Of a DNA stretch of 56,649 nucleotides, positions 17,968-36,050 are shown in pieces. A program made the position numbers and the translations under genes. A model generated the notes under the pieces. That model saw only the letters and a program-made list of their open reading frames with translations, was not told where the DNA came from and ran no database searches. Source of the DNA: Prorocentrum cordatum (Eukaryota); contig CAUYUJ010000078.1 in assembly GCA_963575745.1 (NCBI GenBank), forward strand, positions 62,001 to 118,649. The letters are read 5' to 3'. The number at the start of each line of letters is the position of its first letter. Within the stretch, counting starts at the first letter, position 1.

Positions 17968-18652
17968 TTTATTTTTCGCCCAAAATCACCCTGTATAGGG
18001 GGACAGGCCCGACCCAAGCCCGTCTTACAGATAGAGATAAGCTCGAGGCCGGGTTTATTTTTCGCCCAAAATCACCCTGTATAGGGGGACAGGCCCGACC
18101 CAAGCCCGTCTTACAGATAGAGATAAGCTCGAGGCCGGTTCTGGACGCCCCCCCTCGGACGCACGACCTCCCGATCTGCTCAGCGCCGCCGCCCGCGCCC
18201 TCGTTGCGCCTGCCGCGCCCTGGTGCCGAGACGCTCGTGCAGCGCTCCCTCCCGCAGGTGCCGCCGCGCATCGCGCGGGCGGTCCTCCGCGGCCTGGAGG
18301 CGCTGCTTGTACAGTCAGTGCGCCCAGTAAGGACGCGCGCCTTCATCTGGGGCACCCTTGTGTCCTCTGCCTCTGCGGCCCGTCCTTTGCTGTTTTCGCT
18401 GGCCTCTCCCTGGGTCAAGCTTCCCTTGCGTCCCTGTTTTTTTGTTTTTTCTCAGCCGCCGCCCAGCAAATCCCCGCTTCGGCTTCGGCCTCCAGGGGCC
18501 TTGCGTCCTTCCCACCCGTCCTCAACGCACATCTGGACCGTCCGGCTCCTATCCCACGGAGGGGGGCCTGAGATCCTGGCGACTCGATTTTCTCGAGCCG
18601 GGTGTCTTCGTTAAGTAGGGCCTGTCCCCCTACAGGGGGATTTTCGACGAAA
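17968..18652. mobile_element. MITE-like element with ~45-bp imperfect inverted ends; left end tandemly duplicated (86 bp)
   Basis: tttcgcccaaaatcaccctgtatagggggacaggcccgac occurs twice (~17974, ~18060); the inverted counterpart gtagggcctgtccccctacagggggattttcgacgaaat is at ~18615-18653. Confidence 0.55.
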
Positions 18653-19204
18653 TGTAAAGACCCTTCCCGCTTAACCTCGGGAAGTCGATCATCCTTACTG
18701 TGCGGGTTGACTGTACCTCCGCTGCTCGGCGACCGAGCACCGAGAGCGAGGCGCCGAGGGCGAGGACGCCGAAGCGCTGGCTCTGACCTCCTCCGAGGGC
18801 GGCCGCCGTCGAGGAGGCTCGGCGGCGCCTCGGGGGTCGTCGGGCGGCCTGCGGCGCGCAGCTCTACAGTCAGCGCGTGCATCGAAAAACGGGTGGCAGT
18901 GACGCAGGACCCTTGGGGGCCCAAAGTGGGGTGGTTTGGGCGGCCGGCGACCAATGCAAACGGCAAGGGACGGGCCGCGCCCGGGATGACCCAAGACGGC
19001 CCCAAGACGGATTCGAGCCTTCCGCCCCAAGAGGTCCTCAGGAGGCCCCAAGAGGCCCCCAAGAGGCCCCAAGAGGTCCCCAAGAGACCCCCAAGCGGCC
19101 CCAAGAGGCAACCAAGAGGCCCAGAATAGGCCCCAAGGCCCCCAGGAGCCCCCAAATAGGCCCCCAAGGCTCCCAAGAGGCCCCAAAACTACCCCCGTCG
19201 GCCA

Positions 19205-19495
<291 letters not shown>

Positions 19496-20682
19496 TCAAC
19501 TTCAGGGTCGGCGGCACCGGCCGTAAGGCCTTCATAATCGCAACAAACAAGTGCGCAAAACTGAAAGCATAAGGAATCAGTAGGGCTGGAATTGTTGGGA
19601 TGGGCCCTCCTGGGGCCCAGAATCCACCTACCCTTTATGTGACCGTCTTGCGCGGCAACGTGTTGTGATGCAAGTGTTTGTTGCTGCTATGTGCTGCTCT
19701 CGTCGTACCAGATGTTGTACCTGCTGTTGTGCCAACTATTGTCTGGCATGTTGTTGATGTTTTTGCGCCGAGCCTATGGGACCCATCGGGGCTCGAGGGA
19801 TCGTCTTCCCGTCATTCCACAACCAACACATCACGCGGAGGCTGGGTCCCACTTGGCGATGCCCCATGCTCAAGGTCTCTTTATTGAATACCCTGGGGTC
19901 GGCTGTCCTTTGCATGACAGCGATCGGGAGCCTGATGGGCCTTCCATGCGCCGTGTCGAGAAATCACTCCGATTATGGGGTTTCCCGTGCCGCTCATGAT
20001 GCTCAAGTACACCCGTGACAATCATGCTAGGGTAATGCGTCTTCGCCTGTCCGCCAGCAGACGAGCGACTACACTTGTTTGGCAGAATTCGCGAGGGGGT
20101 ACGGACGTTGCTGAGATGCATGAGTTCTCATGCTGGCATTGCTACGCACTATACTTGCACTGTAGCGCAGAGCGGGAGGCCAAGTAAATACTGAGAATAG
20201 CAATGCTAATGGCTAATATGGTAATGACGATGACGATGAATATGATGATGCAACCTGCCAGCAGTACGGCGATGGTGGTGCGGACGATGCTGGTCGCCAG
20301 CAAAACCCAAAACCACCGCTGACCCTTCAGAACCTGCGTTGGACGGACGTACGGGTTGCCCTGGAAAGCCGTACCTTGGTTGCTAACGAGGGCACCGCGA
20401 GGCAGAGCCGAGCCCAAGAGCGCCCAACAAAGGGCCGCCCTCGAGGAGCCCGATGGCCCCGGGAGGGCCCCGAGAGACGCCCGAGAGAGCCGGAGAGAAA
20501 AAGCCCTTGGAAGGCATCTCAAGACCCACCCCTCCGCGGAGCGTTTTGCAACCATTTTGGGCGCCCCCAGGATTGCGCCAGAGGGCCACCGACGGCGCCC
20601 TCTGAGAGATTTGAGGGGGCCCTGGAGGTCCCCAGCATGGCTGCGAGCGGGCCCCCCAAAAGGACCCAAGGAAGTCCCCGGG

Positions 20683-20862
20683 TACAGTCGAGGCGTTGAC
20701 CTAAGGAACCCTGCATAAGGAACGAGGCCCCTGATTTTCAGAAGTTAAACTTCTACTTGCCATCGAAAACTTCAGGAAGACCTTAGGCAAGGTGTGGAAC
20801 AATTAAGGAACACCGAGCCCCTCCCCAACGGAAAGGGTTCCTTCTTCAGGGCCCCGACTGTA
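20683..20862. mobile_element. Tc1/mariner-pogo-type MITE, copy 1
   Basis: TA-CAGTCGAGGC...GCCCCGACTG-TA; subterminal aaggaaccct/agggttcctt inverted pair; homologous to 52251-52431. Confidence 0.8.
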
Positions 20863-23574
20863 ATCCCGAAAGGATCCTGGGGGGGGCCTTCGAGGCAGTC
20901 TTTTGGTGGTGGCTCAATATACAAGCTTGGCAGGACCCTCACGGGGCCCTCGTGGGGCCCTCTTGGGGAGCTCCTGGAACTCCCAAAGATGGCAATGGAC
21001 AGCCCCTCGCGACCCCAAGAGGGACCCTGTGAGTGCCCCAAGAGAGCACCAGCAAATCTCCTAGAGAGCCTCATGAAAGCCTAGGAGAGTAACACGTCAA
21101 GCGGGGGTCCAAAAACTACCCTCCAAAATTCCCTTGAAACACGATCGGCAATCACGGGGCCCGTCTGGGGCCCTCGCCGGCGAAAGATCCAGCAACCGAC
21201 AATCAACAGTCCGTCCCGCCAGTCATCCGACCCGCCAACAAACGAGCCAGCCGCCCAATCAGCCAGCCAGCCAACCTACGACCCAGCCAGTCAGCCAGCC
21301 AGCCAGTCATCCAGTCGAACAGCCAGCCTGCTGACATAAGTGGGACGCCCGATCGCCGGACGATCTGGTCACTAATCAGCCAGCCAGGCATGCAAAAACG
21401 AAAGACAAAAACAACGACAGACCCCATGCCATATGACCCATGTCAAGCTAGACATGAACTGCGCGAGTTGCAACGGGGGAGCCAAACATTTGCCTCATTC
21501 AGAGGGTCTTGCCTTGTCGCATCATTATCCTCCGCCTCCATTCTCGCTGGAAGCGCAAGACACATAATCATCACGCTTCTTCCCCACTCGTACACGTGGT
21601 ATATCACGCCCACCGTGCGCACCAATCTTGGCACCGTTAACCCACAGTAGCATACTGTGTCCCTTCTCTCTACTCTGTGTATTGAAACTTGTCGGATTTC
21701 GAATCTCGAAAATGGGATGTACTCGAATGTTTCTAGTTGGTGTCAGCGTCGTTGTTGTCCGTGATGCGCGAGCGGATGTGACAAAGCTTCGGGGGTCTGG
21801 TAGGACGGGTCGGCTCCACACGTGGCTCCCGAACCCAGACCAGCCAGGGCGGTACTGGATGCGTCTGGCCACTGAGGAGGGGGGCCCTTCCGGGGAAGGA
21901 AGACGACGTGGGCACCCAGAGGCCTCGACCCCTTCCGCGGAGAGGCTTATCGTCCCGAGTCGTTTCTCGGCGGTCCTGGGGCCTTTTCAGAGATCCCGGA
22001 CGCTGGAAAAAGCACAACAACCAACCTTCTGCCGATACTTTCTCACGACGCGAAAAAGGTCTGCGCAGGGAAGCCCCGGAGTTCAAACATCGCAGACTGG
22101 GCCTGTCCATGGGATGAGTAAGCAGTAGAATTTCGGAGCACACCCAGCGAGAAGCTTCAAATTCGGCCCAAACATGGCGAAAATGGCTACTAACCTCGAT
22201 GCTGGGCTCGGTAAACCTGGACGCTGGCGCACCCGAAGCGAACTGCAGGGGTGGGTAGAACCACTCTCCGTTCTTTCTTTGCCCCCGCTGGATCAGGCAA
22301 GGTCCTGGCTTCCGCAGCCCAGATTGATCCTCGGTCCTCGAAAACCTCGGTCCACGAGCACTTCAAAACCTCGGTGCTCCAAAACGCTCGTCTGGGCAAG
22401 GATGAGGAAGGAGGAGGAGGAGGAGGAGGAGGAGGAGGACGATGACGACGACGAGATCGAACGCCAGGGGGGGCGCCGGCTCAGGGGGGAAAAACATCGA
22501 CCTAGAATATCGGCGATACGTCGCCGATAGATCGGCGACAGGCCCCCGAACCGCACGCTCCTGGGCGGGAAAACCCAAAAAATACCCACCAAAAAAAAAG
22601 AAGTCAAAACATCGTCCCCTGACTATTACTTGACTACTTTTGAATATTCCTCCTTCAGAGGGACAGGCCCGACTTAAGCCTACCAGCGATCCATGGGCGA
22701 TTGGGAGTCGATGCGTCCCCCCCTGGGACCATACCCGTCCCCAATGGCCTTCGGGACTCTGGCGGCCGCTCGGTTCGGAAGATCCGGGCACACCTGGAAC
22801 GCTGCCGGCGAGGCTCGGCTGCTGGAGAGCACCTCGAGGCTGGAAAATCGCAGATAAACCAACGCAAAACGCCAAAGAAAACGCCAAACAAAAACAAAAC
22901 AAAAACCCGAGCTTGCTCCTCCCTGACGTTGCGGGGCCCCCAAAACCGTGTGGTGACCGACCCTGTGGCGGCTGCGGACACCCCAGCGGCACCGCCGCGC
23001 GGTCCGTCCAAGGAAGGTTCGGGACCCTGGAGGCCCTGGTCGCCCGAGATGTCCTCGGAGAGCGGCCCGAATCACAAAACCGTGCGGTGACCCCGAATCC
23101 CCTACGACTCACCACACGGTGTGGTCACCGCACCGCTCGGGGAACCCCTGAGATCCGACGTTGCGAACAGAACGGAAGCATCGCAAAGAGAGACCACGAC
23201 CACCGCCCCGGGCCCCCTTTTGCCTGCCTCGTTCCTCGAGCCGGGCCGACGCGTGAAGCAACCGCGGCCCGACGGAACGAGGCGAAAGCCCCCGCTGGGA
23301 AAAAAATGTTGCAACGCCAGGCTCCGAGGGTCCCCGAAACGTTGCCAGACTGACCCTCGCGCAGAGACTTGAGCAGGGACCGACCGTCTCGGCATTCCTG
23401 TAGGCCTACCACGAAATTGTCTTAGCTTAGAACCCGAGGATAATATAAGAACCAACATATGCTTACAACACACATCCGATGTGTTAAAACAAGACAAGTC
23501 CCAGCAAGAAATGTAATAAGAACATGTCGTACAAACTGCGCAAAATTCTTAAAACATCATGTGGTGGGCCTATA

Positions 23575-23730
23575 TGGGGAAACCAAAAGGAACCGATACC
23601 GTTACTCCACGGACCTCTCCCAGGCTGCGTTCTGACCAGGATTTCGAGGCGACTCCAGCGGTGGCGACGCCGGAGGCCCAGGGGGCCCAAAACGGGGAAA
23701 ACGAGGGGAGGGTAGAGGTATGGGTACCTC
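23575..23730. repeat. Dispersed ~155-bp repeat; second copy at ~56225-56375, partial copy at ~53440-53480
   Basis: Shared ggacctctccc, tgcgttctgacca, tccagcggtggcgac, ggggaaaacg, gtatgggtacct. Confidence 0.85.
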
Positions 23731-23974
23731 TCCCTCCTCTGACTATAGGCAAGCCAGGACGCTTCGCCACTGCTCGAGCAGAAGCGGCGGCGCCACCGGC
23801 GCCCGGCCGCGGCGCGCGAGCGAGCGGCGAGGGGCCGCCTTCACCGGCGGGGCGCCCGCCGCGGGGGGCGCCTTGGCGGGGGGCGCGGCCTCGGTCGGGA
23901 GGCGCGGGCGTCGTCGCCGCCGCCGCCGCCGCCGTCGTCGTCGTCAGCGTCGTCGCCGCCGTCCTCCTCCTCCC

Positions 23975-24800
23975 CCTCTTCTTCTTCTTCTTCTTATTCT
24001 TCTTCTTCTTATTATTATTCTTCTTCTTATTATTCGGATTATTCTTATTAGTATTATTCTTCTTCTTCTTCTTATTCTTCTTCTTATTATTATTATTATT
24101 ATTCTTATTATTCTCATTTGTCTTCTTATTATTATTATTCTTATTATTCTTAGTATTCGTATTATTCTTCTTTTTCTTATTATTATGATTATTATTAGTA
24201 TTCTTATTCTTCGTACTATTCTCATTATACGTATTATTCTTCTTATTCTTATTCATATCAGTATTATCAATAGTAGTAATAGTATTATTAATATTATTAT
24301 GTTTCTTCTTATTTGTCTTATATTATCATTATTATTAGTAGTAGTATGATTATTCGTTATATTAGTACTATTCGTATCATTCGTGTTATTAGTCATATAA
24401 TTATTGTGTTCACGTTGTTATTCTTATTATTATTATTCGCAGTACTGATATTATTATTCTTAATAAAGGTGTTCTTCTTAATATTATGATCATTCGAGCT
24501 CTTATTAAAAGTTGTTATGGGTATCATTATGTTTCTTCTTAGTGCTGTGATTTTTTCTTACTATCCTTCTCCGTAATAGTATTCGTCTTTTTTATGAGTA
24601 TTCTGATTATTCGAATGCTTCTTCATATTATTATGAATCGTATTATTATGATTATGTTCACTACTCATGTATATTATCATTCGTACTATTATTCGCCTTC
24701 TGCTTATTCCTAGTTGTATTGTTACTAGTATTAATAGTACTTGTAGTACTATTATTGAACTTATTCTTATGAATAATAAGAATAGATTCGTTTTCCTCCT
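23975..24800. repeat. AT-rich degenerate (TTA/TTC)n low-complexity tract
   Basis: Directly visible. Confidence 0.9.
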
Positions 24801-27729
24801 CATCGTCCTCCTCCTCCTCCTCCTACTCCTCCTCTTCCTCCTCCCTTCGCACGGGCAAGGATCGTTGCAGGTGCATGTTTCCGCTGGCACTTCCACACCA
24901 TTGGGGGGGGCAGGCCGGTCAAAGGATGCTGGAGTTAATGCGGCTGGAATATCCCGGCGCACCGCCAACGCATCGGCGATGGACGCATCAACGGCATGAG
25001 GATGGAACAAATCGTCGCCGATGCTGCATCGGCGATGCGGCGCGATCCCCCGAACTCATCCGCTCTGACTCCCGTCTGGGCAGCCTTCTCCTCCTCCTCC
25101 TCCTCCTCCTCCCCTCCTCCTCCTTTTAGACGATGCGCGGACTTAGGGCCGATGCCTGAAGCGTTAGAAAAGGCGGAAAATAAGACAATCGCCGACTTAA
25201 TTTTTAGTCAGCGGCCTCTGGCGAACGCGCCGGCGGCGAGTCAGGTCAAAGCGAGCTACGCAGCGCCGAATTAAGCGAAGGCAGCGGGGGCAGGCCACGT
25301 CAAACGCAGCTAGCCGAGGCCTCAGGCGGCGGCCCAGCGGCGGGCGGGTGGCAGGGGTGACTGAGACTGAGTCGAACTGCCAGCGTGCAAGTATGCAGGA
25401 CGTCGGAAGCACCAGGATGTCGGGACAAACGACGACCAGGGTCGGAAGCCGTAGAATTAATGCATGAGCCCGGACCCCGGACAACTGCGTAAGCACCAGG
25501 GTGGCCGAAGCCAAAGAACCGTCGGTCAAGGTGGAATTGAGAATTGCCAAGGCGAAGCCCCGGACGTCGGCCGCGGACGGGTGCAAAGGCAGCAATGCTG
25601 AAAGACCTGGCAAAGAATAGTGGCCCGCAAAAGGGAGTAACCCATTCCGCGGCGACATCTGAAGGGAGGTACAAGAAAAACCGTAACACCATGATAACCA
25701 GCATCTAAGGAGGATACCAAACAAGGGGAGGCGGAGACACGCGCGCATTGCAATTAACGTGAAAAGAGACAGGCGAAGCAGAGTGTAAAGTAGCGATCAA
25801 AGATCGAGTGTCATGCGTAAAATCTGAGAGAGAGAGAGAGAGCGCGTTCGCGGCCCACTTCTCACTAAAAAGAAGGGCCCCAGCTTCAAACTACCGCCCC
25901 CCTTCCCTTGGAAAGGGCGGGGGGCGCTTCCGAAGCTACCCCCCCTCCCCGCCTGTCGGCATGTTTAGCTGGGGGGGGCCCTGCCTTAAGGGGGTGGGGC
26001 TTGGAAGCTACCCCCCTCCCCCTCCCCCCTTTTCGGGGCCCGGGGTCAGCCCGGGCTTCCCTTTCAAAGTGGTGGGGGCTAACCAACGAAGCTGTCCCCC
26101 CCCCTACCTTCCTTTTATCTGGATTTTGAAGCTAGGGGGTCCCTGGCTAAGGGGGGGGGCTTGGGAAGCAAACCCCCCCCTCCTTTTCGAGGCCCAGGGT
26201 AAACCCGTGCTCCCCTTTCCAAGGGGGGGGGCGTCCGAAGCTAAATCCCCCTCCCCTCCTTCTGCTAACTTTCCAGCTGGAGGGCCCTGGCTGAAGGGGG
26301 GCTTCAAAGCTACTTGTCTTGTTTGGGTTCTCGGCACCCCTTGGGTGTTCGGCGCTCCTTTGGTTTTCGGCGCCCTTTTGGCTTTCGGCGCCCTCTTTGC
26401 TGTCGGCGCCCCTCTGGTTTCTGGTGTCATTTTGCATTACGGCGCCCTTTTGGTTTTCGGCGCATATTTGGTTGTCGGTGTCTCTCGAGACGGCCCAGAA
26501 AGCCCTCACGACGGGAACAAAGACCCGCAAGAGGCCCCAAGAGGGCTCCAGGAGAGGCCTAAAGGGGGAACCTGACCCCCCAACATGACTCTAAGAGGCC
26601 CCAAGAGGGGTCCAAGAGAGGCCTAGAAGGGGAACCTGCTCCCCCAAGATGACTCCGAGAGGCACCCCAGAAGCCCGCAGAGAGGTCTAGAAAACCTGGG
26701 GAGCGTTGAACAAGCTCCACAAGGCCAACCCCGAAGACCCCAGGAAGCCCGCAGCAGACGCGGAGGAAAAGGAGGATGAATCAAAAACAATTACGCGCAG
26801 GCAAGCTGGCAAACGCCACACACGAATCCGAAGCCGCTCATATCTTATTCTGGAGGTCGGCAGGGTGGAAGCCTCGTGAATAAGAAAGGCCAATAGCGAT
26901 CGAGCGAACGAACAGAGCTGCCATCGCCGGGAAGGGACGGCGCCCTTGCAAAGGAGGCGGGCGAGCGTGTGGCGCGCTGGCCCCCCAGGAGGACCGGGAG
27001 CAGGCCGCAACATACGAATGGTGATTCAGCACACGCGCAAGGTTGGAAGACTATTAACGACACCAGACCACCCCAACCCAACCCGAAGACCCGAATTTCG
27101 GGTTGGGGGGGGCAAGGGTTCCACATGTGTTTTTTCGATGTTTCCCGACCCCCCCCACTGGAAATCGAGGGTAAATCTGAGCCTTCGGGTTGGGTTGGGG
27201 TGGTTTGGTGGGTGGTGAACTATGGGGAGGCAAGAGGGAGGCAGACGGATCAACAGTTAGGAAAAATGACGGTGCGACTCATCACCTGCAGGAGAATGGC
27301 GCGCACGTGTTCTCGGATTCAGAAGGATCGAGGAAGGACTCAAGACACATTGAACGCCGAATGTTTGCCACCTCTCCGAGCACCGCAAGCCAGGAATCAG
27401 AAGAGAAAGGGAGCCCGAAGCCGACGCCCCGTGCCTTATACCCAAACGGGAAGAACACAGGAGGTACTGATGGCCTCCGCTCTGACGAGACGCAGCGACA
27501 AAAGGGGCGAGGACGAAGGCAGGGACGCAGGGTGGCAGGTCAGGGGGAGCTGAAGCTTCACACCGTTTCGCCCAACATGGCCAAAACTGTGCCGCACATG
27601 ATCCTGGCTTTCCCAACTTCCCCGAATGCACCGATGACTTCCAGTGGCTTCCCCAATTGGCGATAAACGAGGGCTTCTGTGAAAAGAACAACTCCCACTG
27701 CTCATAGACTACTTCGGCTACACCTCCCT

Positions 27730-28500
27730 CTTACCGCATCCGGCGCAGCCTTCGCAGGCGTGGGGGCGTCCGTGACACCAGGCGGCACTGCCTTGGCGGG
27801 CGGCTGGCTACCGCAGACTCCCGGCGGCATCGCCTTCGCCGGAGGCTCCTGGCCACCAGCGCTGGGGGGCGGCGCCTTCGCCGGCGGCTCCGAGCTGCTC
27901 ACTCCCGGAGGCGGCGCCTTCGCTGGAGGCTCCTGGCCACTGGCGCTGGGGGGCGGCGCCTTCGCCGGCGGCTCCGAGCTGTCGACGCCTGGGGGCGGCG
28001 CCTTCGCCTGAGGCTCCTGGAAGCCAGCGCTGGGAGGCGGAGCCTTCGCCGGCGGCTCGCATCTGCCCGCGCCCGGAGGCGGCGCCCTCGCCTGCGGTTC
28101 CTGGACGGTGGCGCCGGGGGGAGGCGCCTTCGCTGGCGGCCCCGAGCCGCAGTGTCCGGGGGGCGCCGCCTTCCCGGGGGGCTGCGCACCCCCAATGCTT
28201 GGCGGCGGCGCCTTCGTTGGCGGGTCCAGGCCGCTCGCGCCGTCCTGCGGCGGAGCCTGCGCGGAACGCTCCGGGGGCGGTGCCTTCGCCAAGGGGGCTG
28301 CGTCGGTCGCGCTCGGCGGCGGCGCCTTCGCTGGCGGCTGCGTGCCGTCGGCGCTCGGCGGCGGCGCCTTCGCCGGGGGCTGCATGCTGACCGCACTCGG
28401 CGGCGGCGCTTTCGCGGGCGGCGGCGGGCCGTCGGCACTCTGCGGCGGTGCCTTCGCAGGCGGCGGCGCCTTCGCCGGGGGCTCCAGGCTGCAGGCGCCG
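27730..28500 (-). repeat. ~42-bp tandem repeat encoding (E/Q)PPAKAPPP units; possible exon of a Pro-rich protein
   Basis: About 17 copies of ggcggcgccttcgc; the 14-codon period is preserved and the minus-strand frame 27702-28385 is open and extends upstream. Confidence 0.7.
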
Positions 28501-29789
28501 AGGGGCGTCGCCTCGGCATCACGATCCTCATCCTCCCGAGATCCCCTCTTCGAGAAGATGCGAGCGGCCAGAGGACGCAGGACGCCTCGTGCAGTTCGTA
28601 CGATCTGCCTCGATCGAGGTCAGGCCGCGTCGCCTGTGGGTCAGTCCGATCGGAACCCGTCTGGAAAATGGCTCGATCGGCGTGCCCTGAGAAATTCCTG
28701 CGTTTTTGTTACGGCGTGGCTCCCAGACCTCTCGACCCCACCCCTGGGGGCCCAAAGGCTCAATCCTGAGTCGTCGTTCGACCTTCATCCTGGTGCCCAC
28801 GAAAGGACTTCGGGCGTGGCCAAATGCAAGGAACCTCCCACACGACATTTATATTCGAGTGGCCCGGCTCTGGAGAGGGCTGATTGTGCGGACCAGAGCT
28901 GCGCAGCACGAAGCCGTGGGCGAAAACCCTAAATCCGCATCCGCAGCGAAGTGGGCCGGGCCCCAGAGGCCGCGACCCCGAGGATCTGGGGCGCTTTTTC
29001 ACGGATGCCCCACGCAGAGCGCACCCTCTTATTTTGGACGTGGCTTGGAGTCGAGCGCTGGCTCCCATGGCAGCACGAGGCCGAGCGAGGGCCCAAAAGA
29101 GACGAGCGAACGAGGGCGGCGGAGGGACGGAGGGACGGAGGCCGAACGAGAGCCGAGGCCCGAAGCCCGCAGGGACAGCCGAGCAAGGCAGACTAAAGCA
29201 GGCACAGCCGCCTGCTTCGAGAGACCTGCGGTGGAGGCCAATCCACCAGAAACCTCCCACAAGAAACCCATGCCTGGGGACGCGGAGACGGACATCCAGG
29301 ACAACACCGCCAAGCCCCACCACCTCCCAACCAGGACCCCCACTTCCGACCCGGTGATCCAGGTTGAGACAAGGGGTCCTGGCTGTGGGTGGGGGTAGGT
29401 TGTGCTGCCCCCCGACCCCCGACGTCATGATTTCGTCACGATGCCGACCCCAACGGTCTGGACCCATTCCCCAGGATCGGCCTGTCGTCAAAAAGTGTGT
29501 CCTGACAGACCCTGGGCGCTTGGAGGGCCCCCAAAAGCCGAACATGGAGAATAACCTCCCGCCCTGTTTTTCCCGAACTGGGGGGACATGGGTGCTCGGA
29601 CATGCTCCTGGCGGCGACCACGCAGGGGTGAGAGGGGGGAGGGGATATGATTTCCTAAAAGGAGGCTGCTTCTTAGAAGGCACTGGCCTTCCTTCGATTA
29701 CCGAGCGCGGGCGACAACAGTACCCCAGGGAAAATAAAGTTCGGGGCAATGCCGGGATGGTAGAGGATATTCCCGGGGATACGGATATT

Positions 29790-29810
29790 GTTGATGATGA
29801 TGATGATGAA

Positions 29811-29856
<46 letters not shown>

Positions 29857-29950
29857 TAAATGATGACGATGACGATGCTTATGATGGTGATGATGATGAT
29901 GATGACGATGACGATGATGATGATGATGATGATGATGTTAATGATGATGG
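29790..29950. repeat. (GAT)n microsatellite
   Basis: Directly visible. Confidence 0.95.
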
Positions 29951-29959
29951 TGATCCTGG

Positions 29960-30432
29960 GCGCTCGGCACAAGGCTGACTCGAGAGATCTCGAGGCTCGT
30001 GGCTATACAACTTGCCAGCAGACGCTCGGCACAAGGCTGACTCGAGAGATCTCGAGGCTCGTGGCTATACAACTTGCCAGCAAGCACTCGGCACAAGGCT
30101 GACTCGAGAGATCTCGAGGCTCGCGGCTATACAACTTGCCAGCAGGCACTCGGCACAAGGCTGACTCGAGAGATATCGAGGCTCGTGGCTATACAAACTG
30201 CCAGCAGGCGCTCGGCACAAGGTTGGCTCGAGAGATCTCGAGGCTCGCGGCTATACAACTTGCCAGCAGGCACTCGGCACAAGGCTGACTCGAGAGATGT
30301 CGAAGCTCGTGGCTATGCATCTTGCCAGCAGGCCATCGGCACAAGGCTGACTCGAGAGATATCGAGGCTCGTGGATAGACGACTTGCCAGCAGGCGCTCG
30401 GCACAAGGCTGACTCGAGAGATCTCGAGGCCC
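29960..30432. repeat. 62-bp tandem repeat, ~7.5 copies
   Basis: cacaaggctgactcgagagatctcgaggctcgtggctatacaacttgccagca at 29968, 30030, 30092 and onward. Confidence 0.95.
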
Positions 30433-31899
30433 GTGCCTACATTTTGCCAGCGCAAGAGAGGCCCCTGGCCGATCTGGCCAAGAAACCTCTCTCGCGCTGG
30501 CCTTCGAACCAATCTCCCACGCAAGCGCGGCGTCTTCTGGAGCCGCCCCTGCATGGGCGACACTCGGTGCAAAGCTGGGCGGCATCGCTTGCCTCCTCGA
30601 AAGTGGCGCACGTCGGCTCGGCCGCAGCGGGGCCCTTGCAGGGGTTGGGCTTGCGCTTAGCCTCGGCCTCGGCTTTGTCCTAGGCCTCGGCCGTCGCCAA
30701 GTCGTTTTCGCTGGCCCCCTTGAGTTGATTGATAAACTCGTCGTTGCCTCGAGCGACCATAGCGTTGAGGCTCGCTGGTATTTGGCGGCCCTCGCCTCAG
30801 ATCTCGCGCGGGGCGCGCTCAATCCAGCGACTCGCCCACAGGCCGCAGCTCCAACCGTCCACTCGGCACCGTTTGTTGCTCGGTGCTGGGCAATTCTCGC
30901 CAAGGCCAATGGCGCCGAGCTTGCAGGGGATCCTCGCGGCGGCCTTGGAAGGCCACGCGCGGGGCGTTCTCGGGCGGCTGCTCGAGGGCGTCGCGGTACT
31001 CCACCGCGACGCCGACCCCGCCGAGCCTCGAGGCCTGGTGGGAATTGCCACAAATCCCCCCTGCCCAGGGCGCCTCCAGGATTCGCCTCAAACCGGAGCG
31101 AAACGCTGGAGGCACCTTGGGGGGGGAGGCAATTGCAGCATCCGCCGACCTCGAGGCGCGCGTGGCGCGCGGGCGCCTCGGGATGCACGGAGACCAGCAC
31201 GTCCTGGGCCTTGTCGACCCTCTCGGCCCAGCGCTTCTGCTCCTCGGGCTGCCCGGCGGCGGGCACGTCCTCGCCCTGGCCCTCTCGAGCCCAGGCGACG
31301 GCCACCGTGGGCTCGACCGCCAGGGCGGTCTCGGGGGCGCCCGCGCGCTCCTCGATCTCGCCCAGCAGCGCGCGCACTGCGCCCGGCTCGAGGGCGTCGC
31401 CCTTGACGATCTGCTCGCAGTTCATGATCGCGCACTCCTTGGCGAGCTCGGTGCGGCGAGTCTGTCTGGTCTGGCGCCAGTCGAGCTTGTGCGGCCCGGG
31501 GAACTGGTAGCCCTGCTCGATCGCGACCTGTGGCGCTCGGGATTCGCAGGTACTCGTTAGCTTCCGTCAGCTTCCGCTTGGCGTTGCTTCCGCCGTCGTT
31601 TCTTCCCGTTCCCGTTGGCCCCCGCTTGCTTCCGCCGCCGCGGGCAGCAGCGGGCGGAAGCTAAAGAGTGCCCGTGGCCCCCCCAGCCTCACCGCCCACG
31701 ATCTGGAGGGCCGCCGCGGCCCCCGCCTCGAGGGCGCGCAGGCGGCGCTCGCCCTCGGCGCCCGGGACTGGCCAGACGCCCTGCGCTCTGCTGAGCCTGC
31801 CCTCGCGGACACCCTCCTCGGCGACGCGCGCCACCTTGCCGTGCCAGGGGGGGGGGGGGGGGGCCGCAAGCCTCGAGGCAGTTTGTTCTGCTTGGCCTC

Positions 31900-36050
<4,151 letters not shown>

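Noticed and set aside
19660..20190. Non-repetitive stretch with short ORFs on both strands
   Set aside because: No consistent frame or family motif.
25197..25748. 183-aa minus-strand ORF in complex sequence
   Set aside because: No recognisable motif; cannot be supported as a gene from sequence alone.
29960..30432. 62-bp array with palindromic core as a CRISPR array
   Set aside because: The whole unit repeats with no unique spacers; it is an ordinary minisatellite.
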